A stretch of 64,000 nucleotides of DNA from Cyanophyceae cyanobacterium (GTDB lineage: Bacteria > Cyanobacteriota > Cyanobacteriia > Cyanobacteriales > JBHJGN01), in the NCBI GenBank assembly GCA_050331735.1, contig JBHJGN010000006.1:32001-96000 (forward strand). The letters run 5' to 3'. The position numbers and the translations under genes are program-made. This document shows, piece after piece, positions 58,508 through 64,000 of the stretch. Each line of letters begins with the position of its first letter. Within the stretch, counting starts at the first letter, position 1. The notes below the pieces were generated by a model. The model worked only from the letters and a program-made list of their open reading frames with translations. It was not told the origin of the DNA and did not search any database.

Positions 58508-59800
58508 TCAAGTGTTGTTTAGGAATAAATTAGGACCGATTGGCTGCGGAGTACAAGCTAATGAACCAGAGTCAGTCGCTAGTAATTGTTCGTAAACAGT
58601 AACGAGTCGATCATTAAGTTTGTGAAGATCGTAATGCTGTTCGACAAAAGCTCGACCAGACTGACCCATCTCTGCCCAAGTTTCTGAATGGTCAAGTAAA
58701 TAGCCTAGTTTTTGGGCTAAAGCATCAGCATCTCGCTCTGGCACCAGAAAACCGGAAACTCCTTCTTCGACCAACTCTGGAATACCACCATGATAGGTAC
58801 TGACTACGGGCAAACCCATTGCCATCGCCTCTTTTAAAACATTAATTGGGGCATCTTGATTGCCGTCAGCCGCCGTGACGCTGGGCGCAATAAATAGATG
58901 CGATCGCTGCAAAATTTCAATAATTTCTTGCTCGTTTTTCCAGCCGAGTAAATGAACAATGTGACCAACTTTCAGCTCATCAATGAGTTGCTGTAGGTGC
59001 GGCTTTAATTCTCCGTCACCAATAATGTTGTACTCAATATTTGGATGCGTTTCGGCTTGTTGAGCAACGGCACGAATGGCATACTCAATTCCTTTTTTTT
59101 CAACCAAACGGCCAGTAGTGGCAATGCGTACTTTTCCATCAGTGGGGAACTGACGAGAGTCAAACGGAAACTTACTAGAGTCTAATCCTGAATAGTGAAC
59201 AATAATTTTATTTGGATCGCAGCCTAGGTTGACAGCATGACTTCTAAAGAACTGGCAGTTAGCCAAAAAAAAGTCTCCAGTTTTAAAGAGTTCGTTGTAA
59301 ATCTGTTTGCCGTTCTCCTTAACGAATCTGCTAATATCATGACCGCGAAAAATTGTAATTAGCTTTGCTTGAGGAGCATTCTGTTTTTGAAATGCCATTG
59401 CCCGGAAGGCAAGACTACCAAATTGGCAATGAATAATGTCATAACTTTTACTCAAGTTAGGCACAATAGTATAGAGTAGCCACAGAGAAAGCGATTGCTT
59501 GCCGTATTTAAAAAAATTAAGTGAATGCACAACAGATGCCGGATCTCTGTAACCATAGCTAACGAGTAACGGCAAGCTCTTTACAACTCTTAAGAGAAGA
59601 TTTTGAGGGATTTCAGGAAAATAATAAGTGTGGTCGAGAAGACTGTACTTTTCTATCGCCTCATGCACCTTAATCGTATCGCCTTTTTGATCGGCGTATA
59701 TATCAACCTGATGTCCTCTGTCAAGCAAGCCGATAATTTGATTTAATATAAATGTTTCTGACAATATTGGAAAGCAGCCAACGATAAAGGCAATCTTCAT
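58508..59800 (-). CDS. Glycosyltransferase family 4, WcaL-like
   Basis: FPILSETFILNQI, GRLVEKKG, PSVTAADGNQDAPINVLKEAMAMG, HGGIPEL. Confidence 0.9.
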   Translation of the reverse strand: MKIAFIVGCFPILSETFILNQIIGLLDRGHQVDIYADQKGDTIKVHEAIEKYSLLDHTYYFPEIPQNLLLRVVKSLPLLVSYGYRDPASVVHSLNFFKYGKQSLSLWLLYTIVPNLSKSYDIIHCQFGSLAFRAMAFQKQNAPQAKLITIFRGHDISRFVKENGKQIYNELFKTGDFFLANCQFFRSHAVNLGCDPNKIIVHYSGLDSSKFPFDSRQFPTDGKVRIATTGRLVEKKGIEYAIRAVAQQAETHPNIEYNIIGDGELKPHLQQLIDELKVGHIVHLLGWKNEQEIIEILQRSHLFIAPSVTAADGNQDAPINVLKEAMAMGLPVVSTYHGGIPELVEEGVSGFLVPERDADALAQKLGYLLDHSETWAEMGQSGRAFVEQHYDLHKLNDRLVTVYEQLLATDSGSLACTPQPIGPNLFLNNT

Positions 59801-59860
59801 AACTATTATTTAGATTCTTTAGATAAGTATGCTCTTCTCTAACTTCTCTTTCATTAAGCA

Positions 59861-60784
59861 CTAATTTCTAACTGGTATGCCTCCTAGTTTAAGCCGAATG
59901 ACCTCCAAAGCAGTAATATATCTGACAAAAAGCATAACAAGAGAAACTTTAAGTTTAGGCTTCAAACCTTTTAAACGAGAGTCCCGAAAAGTACTAACCA
60001 TGAAATTTAGAGGAGGAATCAAATTTTGAGCCAAACAAATTATAAAAATCGTATTCTGTTCAAATTGTGATTTTGCTTTTCGGCATTGCCAGCTATACAG
60101 TCCCGCTGTTATTCTCATCGTTCTTCGATAGATTTGCCCCCAAGAATATCTCGCTGGATGAGCTACTTGAACATCCTCTGCATAAATCTGTTGATACCCG
60201 TGCTCAAAAACTCGCTTTCCCCACTCAAGATCGCCCCCGGATTTGAAACTGGTATCAAAATTGCCAACTTGCTCAATTACTTTTCTAAAAGTAAAAATAT
60301 TTGCAGTTGCTCCCCCTTTATATTGTTCAAGAAGTTGCTTTTGGGCAAAGGCTGTTATTTTTTCAAAAAGTTCGATAGAAGTAAGCCGGCTAGGATCTTT
60401 AAAGAAAAGCTCAATTTTGCCAGCTACTAAACCACAATTTGGTGTTCTCAGTAAAGCTTTTACTCCCTTTTCAAGCCAATCAGCAGCGGGAACGCAATCA
60501 GCATCTGTAAAAGCAATCACTTCGCCTTTAGCTAGAGCAAGTCCCCGATTTCTGGCGGCATAGGAGCCGGGAGTGCTTTCAAAAGCAGCAATTGCGCTAT
60601 CAAATTGAGCGACAACCCCTTGAATGTCTTGTCCCTCATCAGAAGCATTATCGACAACAATTACTTCATAAAGGGTTTTTGGATATGTCTGAGCTTTTAG
60701 GGCCTTTAAACAGATCTTCAAACGCTCAGCATCATTAAAAACCGGGATAACGACGGAAACAAAAGGATCGCTAAAAATATTCAT
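59861..60784 (-). CDS. Glycosyltransferase family 2
   Basis: SVVIPVFN, VVDNAS, GSYAARN, FTDADC, SGGDLEW. Confidence 0.92.
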   Translation of the reverse strand: MNIFSDPFVSVVIPVFNDAERLKICLKALKAQTYPKTLYEVIVVDNASDEGQDIQGVVAQFDSAIAAFESTPGSYAARNRGLALAKGEVIAFTDADCVPAADWLEKGVKALLRTPNCGLVAGKIELFFKDPSRLTSIELFEKITAFAQKQLLEQYKGGATANIFTFRKVIEQVGNFDTSFKSGGDLEWGKRVFEHGYQQIYAEDVQVAHPARYSWGQIYRRTMRITAGLYSWQCRKAKSQFEQNTIFIICLAQNLIPPLNFMVSTFRDSRLKGLKPKLKVSLVMLFVRYITALEVIRLKLGGIPVRN

Positions 60785-60799
60785 TCTTTTTATCTGCCA

Positions 60800-62251
60800 C
60801 TAAGTTCGCGCTGCAAACTTCTTTTGCTTTGTGTCTTCAGTATTTTTCGTGACAAACTCTTCATGATAAGACCGTTCCGTATTCACATCCCAAAGATTGT
60901 GTTCTTCTCCAAGGATATTTTTAGCGGCTAAAATCGCTGTCAGCATCGAGTGGTCTTGGTTGTTGTAGCGGTGCATGCCATTGCGACCAACGGTCTGCAA
61001 GTTCTCAAAGGTTTGCAGATAATCTTGAATCACCTGTAGGTGCTGGCGATATTCGCCGTCGTATACCGGATAAGCTTTGTGCTGACGAATCACTACCCCG
61101 TCTTCAATCTTTCCTAGATGGTCAACTAGCCCGAGATTAACCACTTCCCGACTCGCCAAATCAATTAATTCTGTCTCCGATAGCTCCCACAGCGCATCGC
61201 CTTCACTACAGAAGTACTCCATGCCCAAACACGTTTTCTTCGGGTCAGGAACCATAGCCGGACTCCAATTTTTGAAGTTTTGGATGCGTCCTACTTTGAA
61301 CTCTGGAGAATGAATATAAATCCAGTTATCGGGAAAGAGTTCTGGCTCATCGATCACGAGCGAGACAATCAGAAAATCCCGATAAGAAAGGCTGCGGGCT
61401 GCTTTAATAACTGGTTCCGGTGGCAGGGGATCGAGGCGATGGACCAGCGCTGTCACGGGCATACTAGAAACAAAGTGGTCTCCTGTCAATTGAAAGGTCT
61501 GTCCGCCTTTGCTAGCTGTGATGCTCTCAATGCGATTCCCGTTTCGCTTTACCTGGCACACTTCGGTATTGAGCCATACCGGACTCCCCTGATTTTCTAG
61601 GATTTCCTGGCAGCACTCCCACATTTGCCCGGGTCCGAGGAGGGGATAATCAAACTCTTTAATAAGAGTTTTGGTATTGTTGCTACCCGTTAGTGCATTG
61701 AGCACGGCTTTTTTGAGCGATAGACCTTTAATGCGCTGTGCTGCCCAGTCGGCTCGAATTTGGGTGCAGGGAATTCCCCAAACTTTCTCGGTGTAGGACT
61801 TGAAGAAAGTTTCGTAAAGTCTTTGGCCAAAGCGGTTGGATACCCATTGCTCAAAGTTTTCCTCGACTGGATGGGGTTGAACCTTGGCTTTGAAATAGCT
61901 CCACATAATCAGGAGGCTGTTAATGACTCCTAGATTAGCGAGAGCATTGTAAGGTTCGAGCGGATAGCTAAAAAACTTGCCATCGTAGTAGATGCGCGAC
62001 AGGCGAGGCACCCGAATAAACTTGTCTCCCATGATTTCCCGCCAAATCTGTTCGACTTCGCCTACTTTGGTAAAGAAGCGATGACCGCCAATGTCAAAGC
62101 GGTAGCCTTTGTAAACTTCTGTGCGGGCAATTCCCCCAACCTTGTCGTCCTTTTCGAGGACAATCGAGCGCACGTCTTTTTTGCCCAACTCATAGGCGGT
62201 GGTTAAGCCCGCCGGACCAGCACCGATAATTACGGTAGGGTAATAAATCAT
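60800..62251 (-). CDS. FAD-dependent oxidoreductase (UDP-galactopyranose mutase-like family found in glycan loci)
   Basis: GAGPAG, FDIGGHRFF, YTEKVWG, AYPVY, GRNGMHRYNNQDHSM. Confidence 0.8.
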   Translation of the reverse strand: MIYYPTVIIGAGPAGLTTAYELGKKDVRSIVLEKDDKVGGIARTEVYKGYRFDIGGHRFFTKVGEVEQIWREIMGDKFIRVPRLSRIYYDGKFFSYPLEPYNALANLGVINSLLIMWSYFKAKVQPHPVEENFEQWVSNRFGQRLYETFFKSYTEKVWGIPCTQIRADWAAQRIKGLSLKKAVLNALTGSNNTKTLIKEFDYPLLGPGQMWECCQEILENQGSPVWLNTEVCQVKRNGNRIESITASKGGQTFQLTGDHFVSSMPVTALVHRLDPLPPEPVIKAARSLSYRDFLIVSLVIDEPELFPDNWIYIHSPEFKVGRIQNFKNWSPAMVPDPKKTCLGMEYFCSEGDALWELSETELIDLASREVVNLGLVDHLGKIEDGVVIRQHKAYPVYDGEYRQHLQVIQDYLQTFENLQTVGRNGMHRYNNQDHSMLTAILAAKNILGEEHNLWDVNTERSYHEEFVTKNTEDTKQKKFAART

Positions 62252-62299
62252 AAAATTAGTAGCCGTTGTGAGTAGTGTGCTTTGGTAACAATGCTTTGT

Positions 62300-63367
62300 T
62301 TACGAGTCGGCTAGAGAAATTCCAGGCCGACGGGCTTTATCGAGTTGATGGCGAATGACTCCAATCGTAAAAGCTAAACCGCTGTAGAAGTAGTAAAACA
62401 GATGCCAGGGAATTGTCTGTACGGTAAAAACCAAACCGCGCTTGTGCCAAAAAAAGCGATAAACTGGCAGATTAAGGATTACAAGCACGAGCAGAAAAGT
62501 CGCGGCAGGCACTATTCCCAGAGGCTGCCAGAAAGAGCCAATTGAAGCAGCCAGAAAAAGATAGGTTAAAACGACGCTGAGCCGACTGCTAGGCTTGAGA
62601 TTTAAGTCTTTCATCACTCGCTGAAAATTATCGGGTTGGGCTTCTTGCAGGCGCAGAATGAGAGCAGTCCAAGGCAGCGCACGATAAAAAAATTCGGCTC
62701 TCAGTAGCGAGACAGGTTCCCACCGTTTCAGATGCTTAACCTGTAGCTCTTTGCACAGTCGAATTACATATCCTTTTGAACGTAGTCGGTAGCCTAACTC
62801 AATATCTTCAACGCAGGGACGGCGATAGCTTTCATCGAAGCCACCTACCGCTAGAAAAACATCTCGACGGATGGCCCCGCAGGCTCCCCAGAAAGTAGAG
62901 GCTTCCAGGCTCGCTTGTTGATGGGTATAGTGATGAAACAGATTTTTGTACTGGGAGAGAAAGTTAGGTTCTCCAGGAGTATCGTCGTAGGAACCAATGA
63001 GGGCAGCCAACCGTGAATCGGTAAAAGCCTGTTTCACTTGAGCGATCGCATCTGCACAAATTTCTACATCCGCATCGACAAAATAAAGAATTTCTCCCGT
63101 TGCCTCTTTCGCTCCTAAATTTCTCGCTTTCGCTGGTCCTTCACTGATTGGTTTTCGGATGACTCTGGCTCCAAATTCTTGAGCTAGCTGCGCCGAACCA
63201 TCCGTGTCTCCGTCGGCCACCACAATAATTTCTTCCGGTAATGGCGTTGCTTGGGATAAGCTATTTAAACAGCGGCGAAAACTAGAGCCGCCGTTATGGA
63301 CAGGAATAATAACGGAAAGTGACGGAGCCTTCAGAGAACTATGGTGATTGGCTTCTGTAAATTTCAT
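62300..63367 (-). CDS. Glycosyltransferase family 2 with C-terminal TM segments
   Basis: SVIIPVHNG, FVDAD, GGFDE, VEDIELG. Confidence 0.92.
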   Translation of the reverse strand: MKFTEANHHSSLKAPSLSVIIPVHNGGSSFRRCLNSLSQATPLPEEIIVVADGDTDGSAQLAQEFGARVIRKPISEGPAKARNLGAKEATGEILYFVDADVEICADAIAQVKQAFTDSRLAALIGSYDDTPGEPNFLSQYKNLFHHYTHQQASLEASTFWGACGAIRRDVFLAVGGFDESYRRPCVEDIELGYRLRSKGYVIRLCKELQVKHLKRWEPVSLLRAEFFYRALPWTALILRLQEAQPDNFQRVMKDLNLKPSSRLSVVLTYLFLAASIGSFWQPLGIVPAATFLLVLVILNLPVYRFFWHKRGLVFTVQTIPWHLFYYFYSGLAFTIGVIRHQLDKARRPGISLADS

Positions 63368-63666
63368 ACTGTAGGTTATGGCTAGATACAGGCTGAGTAA
63401 GGCATGCTTTCCACCAACCTTTATAACATAGATAACATGACGTTATTTAAAGTTTTTGTAAAAAGAACATGAAAAACAGATGAAAGTAAGAATTCTGTAG
63501 TGTGGGGTGCTAATTTATCTTTCTTAGTAGAATCGGGCGAGAACTTTCAGAACAATCCTTTTTGCTATTTCTGAGTCTGCTTTTTTGCTATTTAAAGTCC
63601 ATAATTGAACCAAAAAACAATCCGCTTCTCATGTTTCTGTTACTTTTCTATCACTAATTAGTTACT

Positions 63667-64000
63667 ATGAGGGAACCAAAAACTACTTTGTGGGAAAGCT
63701 TTTTGAAACCGATAGTTAGTCTGTTGATCGATGAAGATGAACTTCGTCAGCTTTACCAAAATATAGAGTGGGAGCAAGAAAGTGCTTGCCTTAGCGATCC
63801 CAGCCTAGTTTACCCGCTGTACTACAGTCGTCAGGATTTCCACGGAATTGACGGCGGCTATCTTAACCCTGAAGCGGCAGTAACCTACGACCCAGTTACC
63901 CAGTACGTTTTACCTCCTCATGAATTGTGGGTGCGGCAAGATGCCATTAAGACTGTTGGCGGAGAGCCGCGCCAAATTATCGATTTGGGGTGCGGAACGG
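63667..64000 (+). CDS. Class I SAM-dependent methyltransferase (3' end lies outside the window)
   Basis: MREPKTTLWESFLKP...YPLYY..FHGIDGGYL..AVTYDP..IIDLGCGT; open to the window end and absent from the ORF track. Confidence 0.85.
   Translation, partial: MREPKTTLWESFLKPIVSLLIDEDELRQLYQNIEWEQESACLSDPSLVYPLYYSRQDFHGIDGGYLNPEAAVTYDPVTQYVLPPHELWVRQDAIKTVGGEPRQIIDLGCGT

Noticed and set aside
1..64000. CRISPR array or cas genes
   Set aside because: No regularly spaced direct repeats with unique spacers seen; the repeats are MITEs, STRR heptamers or protein-coding repeats.

Overview
Cyanobacterial chromosomal segment, identified by frequent HIP1 GCGATCGC octamers, petBD, ctpA, a cyanobacterial-type 6S RNA and STRR-type heptamer repeats. 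The left ~40 kb is mostly housekeeping and metabolic: 3' part of adhE, ptrB, rhomboid, phnGHI, Ser/Thr kinase, HAL2-like nucleotidase, 6S RNA, ggt, tRNA-Leu(CAA), iscA, petBD, ctpA, glcEF, an aminotransferase and a sugar ABC ATPase. An accessory patch at about 27.5-33 kb holds a translationally coupled pair (an HsdR_N-type nuclease fused to a ParA ATPase, and a degenerate ParB-like/HhH protein) plus a frameshifted PPC/FG-GAP/RTX surface-protein gene. The right ~24 kb (39.6-63.4 kb) is entirely on the minus strand. It carries an arsM-arsS-2xTVP38/DedA operon, two paralogous GT-C-like membrane proteins, and a Wzm/Wzt surface-glycan locus with several GTs and tailoring enzymes (FkbM MTase, CmoA-like protein, sulfotransferase, GMC oxidoreductase). 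Non-coding highlights: a three-copy MITE with TTA target duplications, one copy disrupting a PD-(D/E)XK gene; a second repeat family between convergent genes that supplies the PhnI C-terminus; and a peptidase gene whose last codons lie inside tRNA-Leu. The best candidate for an undescribed system is the nuclease-ParA + ParB-like pair. All calls come from motif reading only; no searches were run.
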